From Dipteris shenzhenensis (lineage: Eukaryota), in the NCBI GenBank assembly GCA_047967505.1, contig CM106538.1: 64,000 nucleotides of DNA. The stretch is one strand, 5' to 3'. Positions 26,014-38,879 of the stretch are shown piece by piece. Numbering within the stretch: the first letter of the stretch is position 1; each line of letters opens with the position of its first letter. The notes beneath the pieces were generated by a model. The model saw only the letters and a list, made by a program, of their open reading frames with translations, was not told the DNA's origin and did no database searches. The translations under genes and the position numbers were made by a program.

Positions 26014-27940
26014 AGCAGCAAGGATGAGCTGCAATCATGGGAAGGACAATTTTCCCTCCTTTACAATCAATCCTTGGGACATTCACATATAATCATATAG
26101 ATCTGAATACCATCTGAAGCTCCTCCATAGAAGCGAACCTTGATGTAGGTTGTGGGTGGGTGCTCACTGAGGTAAGTTCGGCACGATAATTGGGAATCAA
26201 TGACACGAGAAAAAGAAAGAGACTTTAGCCATCATGAAGGAGCTTAGATAGTATGACTTCGTCACTCCATTTCAAATGGCAACCAAACTTTGCTAGAGTA
26301 GTGATGTCTACGGGGAGAAAGTACCCATCAAATGCCACATCGAATTGAGCATTCTATAAATAGTTGCATTTTGCAACATGATTTCTTTCAGCTTTTAACC
26401 AAAGCGTCAAAACTTTGCTTTGGAGCTTAGCCTTAGCTTAGGAATATTGAGCTAAAGCAATTCGACATATGACATTGAGATTTCCAATGCCTAATAGTTT
26501 TTGATGGCTTTGCTTCTACTTGTGTCTTCATTGTAATCTCAACTTTAGCATGAGAATACTTTCAAGCTACTTTGCTTTCACTTAGACCGGCCAAACGTAG
26601 AGTCCTAGTCTCGAATGGTGCTGCATTATTAATATACACGAATTTCCAAGATATCATTTGCTCTATATGTCTGTCCTTTTCCAAAAGGATCTCTTTGTTG
26701 CTTTCCATAGCAAGAAGCATGATAAACTCTTTTGACCTATTACATACGTTTACAAAGGATAAAAGCGATGGGTGCCACTTTGGCACCATTATTTTAAGCT
26801 GTCCTCAGCTGCTTTCCCATGTGTGATGCATGCCTGCACTCGCGTTGTCACACTCTTTGACGAGGTGAGCGTATCGACGCATGCATGTGTGTTGATGCAT
26901 TTTTATTGGGCACATTTTGTGAGTGTCACATAGAAGGCGTTGAAACTCTAGCTTTATGTGTAGCCACATGCACCTTCACTCTCTTACATCCTTGCGAATA
27001 GATTTAGGGTTTAATGAGTATTTGTGGATTCATCGTGTGGACTGATTAGTTAATGTTTGTGCACTATAGCCAGTGTTTGGTAATTCTATCGTAGTAATAT
27101 TCTTTGTGCTTGTATTGATGTGTGCATTTATGGGAGGGCATCACTAGTGTAATGATCCTACCTTGTGTTGGGAGAGAATAACACCAAAAGGGGAAATGTA
27201 TTGAGAATGCACTAGGTGTGTTACCAAAATGAGAAATATATCCTCTACAAAGTAAGCTAACCCTAATACAAACCCTAGGGGAAAAATCTTCGAAGTGGAG
27301 GGAAAGGCGTCCCAAGGGTGCACACTACACCTCCATTGTTGACATTCTTGAACATACCGTTTGACATTAGAATCTTGCTTGACCAAGGCTAACTTTCGTT
27401 GACCAAGGCTAACTCTCTGTGGAACTCGATGCTCTTGCTCTACATGTGTCACCTTCAGAAAGCTCCCAAAGATGAGGTTAAAAAAAAACGAAGAAATTGC
27501 AACTTGCTTGGCAAGTGAGAGGAGAGGCGAATGAACACACGGGTGTCATGTGGCGATTTAGGTGTGCATAGGGACTAGAGCAAAGAAGGCGGCCGCACAC
27601 GCTTGCCATGTGGCTGTGCATCTCCCACCAGAATTTAAATCGCGGTGTGAACCCTTAGGGATTGAACCTAGGACCACTTTTATGCACCAATAGTGATACT
27701 CTCCTTTGCCATGTAAATTATAATCTAAGACTATTCCTTCATTTTGTACATCCTTCATCACTTGATAGGAACTCCACTTGCCATTAGGTGCAATCATTTT
27801 GTGCTGCAGCAATGCAAGGTTACCCTTCTTGTGTGTGCGCCGCGTGCGTTTCTTTGCTTGTTTTATAAAAATTTCACTTTTTAAGATTGGATATTTTCTA
27901 GTCTAATGAAGGTATGTATATATTATCCAGTCTAATAAAG

Positions 27941-27987
27941 GTATGTATGTATGTGTATATGTATATGTATGTATGTATGTATGTACG
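27941..27987. repeat. Imperfect (GTAT)n microsatellite
   Basis: gtatgtatgtatgtgtatatgtatatgtatgtatgtatgtatgtac. Confidence 0.8.
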
Positions 27988-29048
27988 TATATTGACAATT
28001 TTGTATGCATCTCATGCGGGGAGAAAGTAAGCTCAAAATTGAGCTTTGGGATAGTATGGCCACCTTTTTGACCCAGGAAGCACTGGAAATATGTTGAATT
28101 ATGCACATGCTCCGAAAAGTTTCATTTTCAGTGAAAATGTTTGTTGTAACTGAGTGTGCAATGGTGGGTCTCTTTTGGATGCTCAGGCAAAGTGCGGCTG
28201 AACCAAATCAAAACACATATCCAACAGCAGATTTCCCGTCTTTCGGACGAGGCTGCCAACAAAGTGTATATTTGATACTATCCACACTAGGTTTAGAAGA
28301 GACAGTGTCAAACCTCGTTTCCCTAGAGTAATTGCAAGTATGTTCTGTATATCTCGGGATTTTATGCCAAGACAAATATGAAGGGGTCCGGTAGTGTTAG
28401 CTTTTAGATTAGAAGACTATACTTAGTCTGGCCTCATTGAGTATTCATGTGAGGTTGTTTGGACAATTGTCGAAACACTTTTTGTATTTGCAAACAAGCT
28501 GTCTGTTGTTCTCTGCAATGAGCCATAAGTCTATTTGACATATACAACTCCTTTTCAAGAATGCTTCACTCTTCATCCAGGTGGTGAGAGCAAAATGACA
28601 GAGTGGTTGCTACTCACTCTGATGGTAGTTAATTTTTACAACAGGAGCAAAGACTATGCATAATATGCACTTTCTCTTTCTTTAAAGATTGCTCAACGTT
28701 GGGTCATTCTTAGCAACCTCTAGCTTTGTACAGACTTGAGAGTACGTGCATGCATGCTTAACACTTCATTTTGTTCTCCTTATGTATCTCTTCAATATAT
28801 GTTTTCTCTTTGTTCCCTGCTTGGGGTAACAATTTTTGCAATCATTATCATGCTATTGACAAGGGCAGCGACATTTTTGCTGAAAGAAATTGTGTGCGCA
28901 TGGAATGGTGGCAATGTTTTAAGTTAGAATGACATTATATGATTATTGATCTGAATAATTCAATCCATAAAATATTTCTTTTTGCATGTTTGCAATTTGG
29001 TGTTTCTTAGTACCTCTTAGATTTTAAATATCCTCTTTGCTAGGCCAG

Positions 29049-29150
29049 GGCGGGTACAATGTTGCACGTGCAATGAATCGCTGGAGTTGTGGATATGAAT
29101 GGCGGCAAGACCAAACAATTAACATCAAATGGCTTGCTGGAGTATCTCCT
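29049..29150 (+). CDS. MED16: MED16/SFR6 internal coding exon
   Basis: cag acceptor at 29046-29048, gtaagc donor. 102 nt encoding GGYNVARAMNRWSCGYEWRQDQTINIKWLAGVSP (EWRQD...KWL.G.SP motif). Phase 0/0. Confidence 0.92.
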
Positions 29151-29539
29151 GTAAGCTTTCTCCATCGCACAATGTATTTCTAAATTGGAAATTTAATTTC
29201 ATTTCTATGCGGAATTTTATTGTATACAAAAAAGACGTATTTTGTTATTCCATGGGACACTGTTTCAGGATGATTTTCTGTTCGTGGTGCTTATTTCAGT
29301 CCTTTCACGGTCTTTACTGTATAGCAAGTATACTCTTCCTGTGGATGAAAAGGTTACTGCTTTGATGTTTTCAAATGCTTCTTTACATGCCGGCTTCACC
29401 TAGTCCACTCTGTTTTCCGTAAAGTGGGTGACCTGTTTAACCAGGTTGTGGAACTATGTGCATATTTGGATTAAAATTCCATATACTTGAAGGTTATTGT
29501 TATGCTCTGCTCCTTCATGGCACTCCCATCAGACCTCCA

Positions 29540-29700
29540 TTTGTGAACAGTAAGGGGAGGCAGGTGAAATTAAGGGCTTAGATTGGCCACAAAAGGCAGG
29601 ATATATGGAAATCTTGAATACTTTGCGTGAACAGAGGATATATTGTTGCTTCGTGGCCTTCAAAAAAGCATTTGACACTTAACTCTATTGAATTCCGGTG
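29540..29700 (+). mobile_element. Short RTEX-type RT fragment
   Basis: IYCCFVAFKKAFDT, compare VYCCFVDFRKAFDT at about 54040-54080. Confidence 0.6.
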
Positions 29701-30029
29701 GCTACTTAGTTGCAAGAAATCATACCTACATGGGGAGCATGAGAACCAGAATTCCAGCATAAGGAAGCCAAACACATTGTAAATTGGGAGATGGAAGATT
29801 TGATTGCTTAAGAGTCAATCTACAGCACACAAAGCGAAACATGGTTTGCAGTCTCTACAGCCTTAAGTCTGATCAAAATGGTAGCTTAAATCAATTAAGC
29901 ATTCAGTTAAACTTCCTTTGACCTATGCCTAACCTCAATACGTCATTCTAGAGGATAAAATACAATCATATTTATGATTTTAAGCAATCATCTTCTTGCA
30001 ACTTGATTTCTTTGAGAGTGAAAAATGTG

Positions 30030-30210
30030 GTGTGATGCAGATGAGTTGCGACGGGAACATGACATGACAAATCTTGATGATGCAGTAGTTGTTCAGATGT
30101 ATGGGGATAGGTATTATAAAATTCGAGTCCACAGCAAGGGGACCTCTAAGTTCTCACTCCCAAACGGGACCCAAATCCTGGTCATGTGCGACGTACGACA
30201 TCTGGAGCCT
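30030..30210 (+). mobile_element. Copia protease-region fragment
   Basis: VQMYGDRYYKIRVHSKGTSKFSLPNGTQILVMCDVRH resembles the segment after the copia DSG motif. Confidence 0.45.
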
Positions 30211-30296
30211 ATACATCGTCTCTGGCCCTCCCCTTATGAAGTTTCAGTATGGAATCCCTCACAGTTCCTGCATCAACGGAAAGGCTGGGATGGGTC

Positions 30297-31712
30297 TGTA
30301 GGCCTTCTTCTCCCGGTTCTAGTGATGCCCTATGGGCCCTGGTATGTGCCTTGTAGGCATAGTTATAGGCACTTTAGTGTTTAAGTGCCTTTTATGCCAC
30401 ATAGGACATTTAGTCCTATGTGACACCTAGGACACTCAGTCCTAGGGTCTACCTTCAAGTACCTTGTACTTTCATTTCTCTAATTCAGTAGACGTGACGG
30501 CTAATCACTTGAGTCTTGTACTTGCTCCCACGCTCATCGCCCCTACAGTGGTATCAGAGCGCTATTGGACCTGTTCCCCTACCTCTGGATCTGCATTGCT
30601 CACAGCCTTTAACAGCTTCAGTTGCGCTCCATCCCTACAGTCCGTACGACTATACGGACTTACGTATGGATCACATACAGATCTTGCGCTTTGCTGTCCA
30701 GCTACGCTTCTTGTTGCTTTGCCCGTCGCTTCTTCCTACGTATCTGTGCCGTACAACAACACCTACGCAGTACAACTGTACGTGCACCGTACAACGATAC
30801 ATGTGCAGTAACTCCTCCGTACAAGGTACTTGTGTCGTACATCCTTCGTACAGATGTACTTGCATCGTACCTGCTCCGTACTCGTCTTCCATACAGGTGT
30901 ACTTGCACCGTACCTGCTCCGTACTTGTTTCGTACGACTTCCGTACGGTTATACATGCAGATCAGCCGTACACATGCACTTGCAGAACAACTGACTGTAC
31001 AGCTTGTACTTGGTCCGGGTGTTCCGTACAATTTCACACGTGCGAATCTATCTACAGACATTTGCAATTTGGGGCTTTTGCAGGACATTGGTAAATTTGG
31101 GGCTTTCGGTTGTTCTCACTTCCTTTGGTTGCAATTTCTTGCAAGACATTGGAGCTTTGGGATTTGGTATGCAATTTCTTGTTTAGATTGCAATACATTG
31201 GGTCAGATTGCAGGACATTGAGTCACATTTGCAGGACATTGGGTCAGATTGCAATACATTGGGTCACATTTGCAAAAATCTCAGCAAAATTTGGAGCTTT
31301 TCTATATTTGCCCTCTTTTTGGCCTCTTTGCCCTCATTAAATTTGGGGCTTTTGCCAGATTTGCTATTTTTGCAGTGAACATTGCCTGACATAGTCACAT
31401 TTGGGTCAAATTTGCATTTGCCCTTTGATTTGGGCTGGAAATTTGTAACATTTACTTGCAGACATTTGCTGTCATTTTTGGACAGCCAGTTCTTTGCAGT
31501 GATAGCCTTGAGGCTTTTGTGTTTTTAGGTCTTTTCTTTTCAGGGTATCCCACTTGCAATGGCTGGCAACAATCATGATCTATTTGGCATTCTTCGTGAA
31601 GATGATAAGTTGGATGGCACCAACTATCTGATGTGGTCTTATCTCATGAAACATAATCTTGTTGCAAGGCATTTTTGGAATATTGTTTTTGGGATTGATC
31701 TGTGCCACAGGG
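30297..31712 (+). mobile_element. 5' fragment of a copia element (Copia-B: LTR, PBS, leader, gag start)
   Basis: LTR 30297-30547 (TGTAGG..CCTACA) shares ccttgtaggc.tagttatag with the Copia-A LTR. PBS at 30549-30560. Gag MAGNNHDLFGILREDDKLDGTNYLMWSY from 31559, truncated at about 31712. Confidence 0.88.
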
Positions 31713-31748
31713 GCGTGAAATTCTAAGTACTTTAATGTACTACAAGAC

Positions 31749-34700
31749 CGTGACAACCTTGGTTTTAAAAGTCCAAGCATGGGCTTAATAATGTGTAATT
31801 AAACGCGGCATGGTGCCTAGCACATAAGCGTAATTAATCCCTAGGCCCAAAGGCATTCCAAGGAATTAAAAGAGTGGTTGTTGGGAAATGATGAGGTGGC
31901 ATTTTTAATGGGCCCTCCTAGAGGGCCATGTACCTTCAGTGGCCCCCCTAGAGTTCCAGGTGGCTCTAGTGCCTTCTACATGCTCCTTTGCCATTCCTGG
32001 ACCTTCCTGGGCCTTCTAAACTTCACATGTGTGGTTTTCTCTCTCATCTTCTCCCTTTGTTGAGATTTTGGACTGGTTTTTCAGCCTCCTTCAGCTGAAT
32101 TCCGTTTTTCTTCATAACTCCTCACTCGTTTGGATTCCTCGACTTCCGTTTGGCCCGATGGCTTCCCCTCTACCTCCCGTTCGTAGTGATATGCTTTTCC
32201 CTTCGTGCGTTTGGTAGAACGGGCAGAGCTGAGCACTTCTTTTGCTGGTCGAATTTGCAAAAGTGGTTTTTTCTGGATCTTTTTGCTTGGTTGAATTTGC
32301 AAAAGTGGTTTTTTCTGGACCTTTTTGCTTCTACCGCCTCCTGGGCCTCTCCTCTTGCAAAGCTACAGCTTTCTGTTGAATTTCGAGTGGCCCCACACGC
32401 TGGTTGACTGGTTTTTCTCAGTTTTGGAGGACTTTCTGGCGATGAAACTTCTCCAAAACCTTCTTAATGCATTCATCTCTGAAGCATGCTTCTTTTGAGC
32501 CCAATAACTCCCATTTCTTCGCGACAAAAGTGCTTCTTTTCACATTTTTCAGTGGAATTCTTGCAGGTCGGCTCTTGTAAATGCTCTTTCTTCATGCCTT
32601 TGCACTTCTCTTTGGCCGAGAATGCAATTGGGCATTGGCTACTATGTCCTCTTGGCGATTGAGGACTTGGTTCGAGTTTTCAGGGCTTGGTGAGTTGTGA
32701 TTTTGCTGCTGCAATTTATTTTTGCCATAAGCTATTAGTTGGCCTCGTGTGCCGCCTCTTTCTTGGCTCACAGGTGCCGAGGCAGTGCTACATGAGTCAT
32801 TCTTTGGTTGGTTACTTTGCTGATTTTATTTTGGAGCTTTGAAAAGCTTTGTGAATGCCATCTGGAAACCACTCAAAGAGAGTGCAGCTGGGGTGCAGTG
32901 TGATTGCATCTGGACAGCCAATGGAATTGCACTCGGAAAAGAGAATGCCTTTATGTGATGGTGTTCTATGCTTGAAAGCCTTGCAAAGGCTTAGTGAATT
33001 GGGGCTGCATGCTCAGTTGCAGGGAAGGTCTCCCAGATGCTTCATTGTGAAATATAAAGAAATACCGAAAGGGGCGCCACGGTGTTTGGGGCCAATCGGG
33101 TGCACTTGTCTATGTTTGTTGAGCAGGGGCATTCTAGCCTCCATCCCTTTTTTAGTGGTTTTGTTTGTGAACAAATGGGTAAATGCCAAATGGTGATCAT
33201 GCAATGGTTAATGGTTGTGATATATGCTTTGGGAGCTGTAAATAAGTGATGAAGTGATTAAAGGTTTAGTTCAACTGCCCTCTGAGTGATTAGAGGCCGG
33301 TTTCAGTCTAATGGTAGAAAAGGACTTGGGTTGTGTGATGAGATTGGAGATGTTGAGGTACCTTGCAGTTCCAGCAACATCAATCCTTCAAGACAACGAT
33401 TGGCTTGCAAGAGGTACCCACATGCTCTTACTTTCCTTTAAAAGTAGTGCATTTTCTCTGAAAAACCAAAGAGCAGCTTGATAGCATGGAGATAGAGCAA
33501 GGTAGCAAATGTTGGCTCCTGAAAGATCTAGAAGACTTTAAGAAGGATATAGGAACTATGTCGTTTGACATACAAGTATTGTGTCCCTGTATTCAAACTC
33601 TTAGAAGCTTTTGGGCAACTAGCTACAAGGCCTATCTGATGAAACATGTACTTAAGTCTAAGTGCATTTCATTAAGCATGGATCATACTTATTGTTGTTC
33701 CTTTGCTTGAATGACGATTCTTGTATTACTTTCCATCCAATGCTGAATGAAAAATGAGAATGAGTACACTACACAACAAACGCATGAAAATCTCTGAAGT
33801 ACATTACAACTATAGGAAGTCGATGTCTTCAACACTCATGAAAGTCCATCATGAGACATTTACTTTGACAGAGAGTAGATGAATCATACATCTACTTTGG
33901 ATGCATCTCTTCTAGGCCTAAAATTTATAATAAAACTAGCTCCGAAGGGAAGACCAACTTGAGGACATGCAGCCCTAGGATGGCTGCAGAGTCAGTCTTC
34001 CAAGCCCAGTTCCAACAACTACAGACAAAACCCTCCTGTTCTATTCTTTGGTACATCATCCTACAAGATGACGGATGGAATGGATTCAACCACCTACCCC
34101 TGTTTCAAAGGAAGCAGCCCATCTCACATGGAATAGTGTTGGCAAAGTATGTAGGAACCCCTCTGCATACGGGCACCTTCTTCAAGACATCAATGACGGG
34201 GATCACGGTCATCAATATGAACAGTCAAAGCCAGGATGGTATGGGCTTCCTTGGATGTCACTTTCGTGGTTCATGCAGGTAGCGGCAAAGGGAGATCAAG
34301 ACAGTTTGATCAATTGGTCTTACTCACAAGGTCTCCTACATATCAACATTCCTGGATGGAGCCATATGTTGCGTCTGACTCATTAGGAGATCCATTACGT
34401 TATTTAGCGATGCGATGTGGACGTTTTACATTGATTCAACCTGGATCTCCTTGCCGGGAAATTGAGTTTTATTGTTTCAATTTGAGAGATGCACTAGGCC
34501 TCATGGGGGGCTTTTCAGCTTACAACCTTTTGGAGATTGATGTCACATTGATCACCACATCTTTCTAGGGGAGTTTGTAAGATTTCCATGAACTTCATAC
34601 TACTTGGAACTCTGAGGCTCTTCTTTTATAGACTTGGCCTAGCAAAAAGCTAAACCTGCTTTCTAAAAGCTACTTTGTACAAAAAGCTGGCTTTTCTGCT

Positions 34701-35020
34701 CTTGCCCATCTTTAGGGCACTTTTAATGGCCTTTTTAACCCCAATGGTCCCTTCATTAAATGGGGCGCCACTTTCTAGGAGCTCTTGGTGGTTTTTGCCT
34801 TGTGGGACCTACTTGCCCCATTAATTATGGCCCTTTTTGCACTCTTCCAAGTCCATCATATCAATTAAACAAACACCAACACTTTAACCTATTAAAGGTT
34901 AGTCAAACGAATGCATTCTAGTTCGAGTTCTTAGACTAATCCTAGTCGCCTAATCCTAGTCCCTTGTGGGCGTCTCCATAGTCCTCTTACCTAGGAGCAG
35001 TTTTTTTGGGCCAGTCTTCA
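31749..35020. other. Unclassified 3.3-kb TE-like block with a decayed unknown ORF
   Basis: Begins cGTGACAACC (LTR-like start), shares gactaat.ctagtc...gtgggcgtc.ccat with 50765-50795, and has coding-like broken frames at 33480-34570. Confidence 0.35.
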
Positions 35021-35049
35021 TGATGGCCTAGTTATCCAAGGCACGTCTT

Positions 35050-36600
35050 AAATGAGGGTAGGGAGCCCTAGCTCGATTGGAGCGGCAGTGGTTTTTAGGC
35101 ACACTTTCAGGACCCCCCAATGAAAGGATTACTATTTGACACATTGGTGAGGCCGACAACCATGTACGTAGGTATGGGATGTGACCTGACATCGACGCTT
35201 CAAGATATTGCAGGTGACAATGGGATCTAGGATGATTCAGAGCAAGCGTTTAAACCCTTGCCAAATCATACATTTGCTATGACACTGCTTGAGATCTTCG
35301 AGACGGTTACTTATTTGAATAGGGTATGGGCCTTACCTACAGGGAGGCTACCTAAGGTGGCATTGGAGTCATCCATGCGACTGAGAGTGGAGCTCGCATG
35401 TCCTACTATGCACACATTTCAAAATGGTTTGAGAGATAGGGCATTCAAATGGATGATCTCTCCCCCTTTCAGTATAGCTTGGATGCTCCTGATCCCTTGG
35501 TTCCACGAGATGAGATCAACCATATCATACGGTTAGATTTACTTCAGCTTTATACGTCACGGACTTGGGGAGGGGACCAGGAGTTCCCCACCAAGAGTTG
35601 ATTCTATCGCGACCATTTCTTGAGAGTGTCGGAGGATGGAGTGATCATCAGGCCCTAGTATTTGGAGGACAGGCTAGTTTCTCATGCTGTTGGGATTGCC
35701 ATTGGATAGATGCAGATCTTGTTCCATCAGCTAATGATGGAGACAGGGAGAGCCGCAGGTACACCTAGGGAGCAACGGGTCTGCAAACTATGCACTTTAG
35801 GGGAGATAGAGACGGAGGAGCATTTCTTATGTATCTACTAGGTTAACTTTGAGATGCGAGGACGCTATCACTGCCTCTTCTAGGAGGGCCATGGCTTCGA
35901 ACCTCTCTCCCGATCGATTCACTTCGAGGACCAGGTTTGCGTTGGTCTCTACCTGATGGAGATGAGACATCATAGAGGGATCTTTCTATGTACATCACAA
36001 AGCAGGAGAGGGCTACTCAACAGGAGACATGAGTAGATCGAGCTTAGCAACCCGTCATAGATTTCTACACATTCGTCTCAGCTCCTGGGCATGTTGGTGT
36101 AGAGGAGGAGGAGATCGATGACATGAGGACAGTATGGACCAATGAGACAAGACAACGACATGGAGAGATGCATCAAGAGATGCAAGAGCCACACACGATG
36201 CAGTGGCGGCTGAGAGCACACACGATGGGGAATCAGCCCATCATAGTTCTATTTAGAGGAGACTGCCTGGCCCACCGATATAGAGATCTCGGCGGAAACC
36301 ACGCCATCCACCACAGCATGAGATGACCAAACAGACAGATCCAAGATATTTTCGCAGCTCATGGGAGAGCCACCATGGCACTTGCCTATATCTTCTGACT
36401 CCTACTTTGAGTTTGAGTATAGCTATCAATCCCACTTTCGGAATTTGAGTTTGTGTTTTGTAATTTCTGATTTTAGTCTACAGCAAAGGGTCTTATTGAG
36501 CCCTTTGCCTCACCCCACACCGGCTTGTATGAGCATGAGTCACTTTGTTACTGTACTTCTGCTCATAGATGTGTGAGGTCTCCTGAAGACGTTACTACAT
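35050..36600 (+). mobile_element. RTEX-type LINE 3' fragment, decayed
   Basis: LFDTLVRPT, RLPKVALESSM, RVCKLCTLGEIETEEHFLC, paralleling the ORF2 C-terminus at 52586-53500. Confidence 0.75.
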
Positions 36601-36719
36601 CTTCTCTCTCCCCCCCCCCCCCCCCCCCCTTCTCTCTCTCTCTCTCTCTCTCCCCACCTTGCTCATTGTCACTCTTCTCTTTGTCTCATATACACCTATG
36701 TAGGGGTAGTCTTTGCAGG

Positions 36720-37260
36720 GCCGGGTTTCACGATGACTCATGCAGCTAAAGCATGACTCACGTGAGGGTAGGGAGTTCTAGCTCGAGTAGAGTGGCAATG
36801 CTTTCAGGCACATTTCCAGGGCCCCTCAATGGAGGGATAGCTATTTGACACACTTGTGAGGCCAACCGCCATATATGTAGCACCTTTTGGGGGAGCGACC
36901 TATCGGCGACCGATTGGCGGGATACGGGTGACTATGGGGTCTAGGATGATTCGGAGTAGGCCCTTGGTCCCACATCACATCATACAAGCAGAGGTCGCTT
37001 TGACACCACCTCAGCTTGATGCCATCTTCCAAATAGTGACATATCTTCATACGGTATGGGCCAAGCCTAGTTGGAGCCTACAGGTATGTGAGCATATTTA
37101 GATGGTTTGACAGTCAGGGTATTCATATGGACCGCCTTCCCCCTCTCAGTACAGCTTGGATGCCACGTTCCTTCAGATCCCTCGAGATAAGATTAACCGT
37201 AGCATACCATTGGATCTACTCTAGCTCTATACATCACGGACTTGGGATGGGAACCATGTC
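36720..37260 (+). mobile_element. RTEX-type LINE internal fragment
   Basis: RMIRSRPLVPHHIIQAEVALTPPQLDAIFQIVTYLH and WFDSQGIHMDRLPP. Confidence 0.75.
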
Positions 37261-38663
37261 ACCTTTTACGGTTAGACAAAACCTTAGAAATAGCTTATAA
37301 TTTATTATAAAATAAAACCTTGGCTATCTGAATATGGGAGAAGGAAACTTAGGGTTGAAATGGGAGGCTTTGTAAGGAGCCAAGAAGCTGGAAAAGGAAA
37401 TCAATTTGAGTAGACAAGCTTACCCTAATTGGTTGAAGTTTTTGTGCAGAAAAGTAGGCGGCTGTCAAGGCCAAGATGGGCGACCAGATATGCAGTGATT
37501 TGGCGACCAGCAGGGTGCTGTTTTGGACTGGGTAGGTGGCTGATTTGCTGGGCGGCAGATCAGGAACAGATGTGCAGGAGATAGGCGGCAAATCAGGCCA
37601 GTTTTGGTGACTGAAAAAGACTGCTAGGCTGGCGGCAAGATGGGGAAGGACAGGCGGCTTGGAAAGGCTGATGAACAGCAAGGGTAGGAGAGTGGGTGGA
37701 AATAAGGTTGAGGCTGGTTGGAAGGGAGGCTTCCCCCACTTGTGATTTGTTGCCCTGTAGCTTTTGGAAAAACTTATTGGGATTTTTTTGAGCTTCTCAA
37801 AATGCTCAAACTGTTTTCTCTTAAAAACCTTCTCCTCTTCGTTCTTACTAGCTGCTTTTATGCTCTTTCCTTGTTTCTTTCCCTGCTGTGCTTACTGATT
37901 TCCATGATTTGTTGGCTGTTTTGCATTCCTCATCATACCAGATGTTGTGAGGTGTGAGGCATTTGGAAATCTTGTTTAAGCTCTAGGCTATTTGTAGATG
38001 CCCGTTCAAAGCCTCCAAATTTATGTCCTAGGGGAATGGTAGGTTAGGTGAATCGATATATTTTAGTGAAACAGGGTCTAGAGGGGATGGACATAATTGC
38101 ATGGTGTGGTTGACCACACTAGGCTCTCAATCAAATGCCCACGCGAGATCCACCCATAGGTCTGCCATAGGCCTAGTTGAAACCCTGCCTGGTAGAAGTG
38201 GGGTGGCACGATAATTGATTTTGTAAGGATGCTTGTTTGTGTCACCTCCATGGACTTACCTTTGCAAGTAGGCCATGTCGTGGAGTTGGTCACTTTGTAT
38301 GGGCATTTGAGCTGTAGTTTTGGTGACATCTCTTTTGCAGGCATTATCTCAGTTATACTCAACAAAGATAGATGAGTATTCATGCCAATATCAACAAAGA
38401 TATTATATATGAATAAATGGGTTAATGCTTTTTGATTCATGTCAGGTTGTGGCCATTAAAATTGTCTTAAAGTATTTATCAACGTGGCAAGCACGATCAC
38501 TATCTATGATGGTTCCAGTTGATCTAAAATGTGAAACCTATATTGCTCTAGCTATGTTCTATATTGTCTAATGTTTGCATTCAACTTGTTTGAAAAGAGT
38601 TGACGTATGCACTAACGGCACTTGAAAAATGTTCTTAATGTGTCCTTGTGTTGTGGTTTGCAG

Positions 38664-38748
38664 TATCGTTGGACTTCTACCTCGGCCAGTTTGTTGTCAA
38701 AGTCATCTTTCGAAGAGAGATTTATTTCTCACCAACCTCGTGCATCAG
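38664..38748 (+). CDS. MED16: MED16/SFR6 internal coding exon
   Basis: tttgcag acceptor, gtaaca donor. Encodes YRWTSTSASLLSKSSFEERFISHQPRAS plus 1 nt (YRW...KS.FEE.F motif). Phase 0 in, phase 1 out. Confidence 0.93.
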
Positions 38749-38879
38749 GTAACATTGCTTTTCCAACTGTTTGCCTGTTTTTATCCTTCATAACAATGAA
38801 AAGGAATGCAATGACAATAAACCTGTTTTTTTGAGTAGAAATAATTGCTATGTAATGATAGCTGTCTGTGAGGTTTCTC

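Larger units (their letters stand above)
21100..26350 (+). mobile_element. Old Ty3/gypsy-like gag remnant hosting the TR-GAG insertion
   Basis: Broken frames read EFQNFVCLEDEDPFSYLQSFY and QWF...QMKDTF (retrotransposon gag-like). Purine-rich coding-like sequence continues on both sides of the 23550-26013 insertion. Confidence 0.5.

Noticed and set aside
27147-27460. Integrase zinc-finger-like VKRYVQECQQ fragment and an LTR-like start
   Set aside because: Too short and unsupported by neighbouring domains to call an element.
28187-28331. Possible extra or poison exon (KVRLNQIKTHIQQQISRLSDEAANK)
   Set aside because: The flanking MED16 exons already join in phase with contiguous homology, splice signals are weak and I recognise no protein match.
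30516-31221. Overlapping 190-200 aa Cys/Thr/Tyr-rich ORFs
   Set aside because: By-products of the GTAC array in a copia leader, with no domain features.
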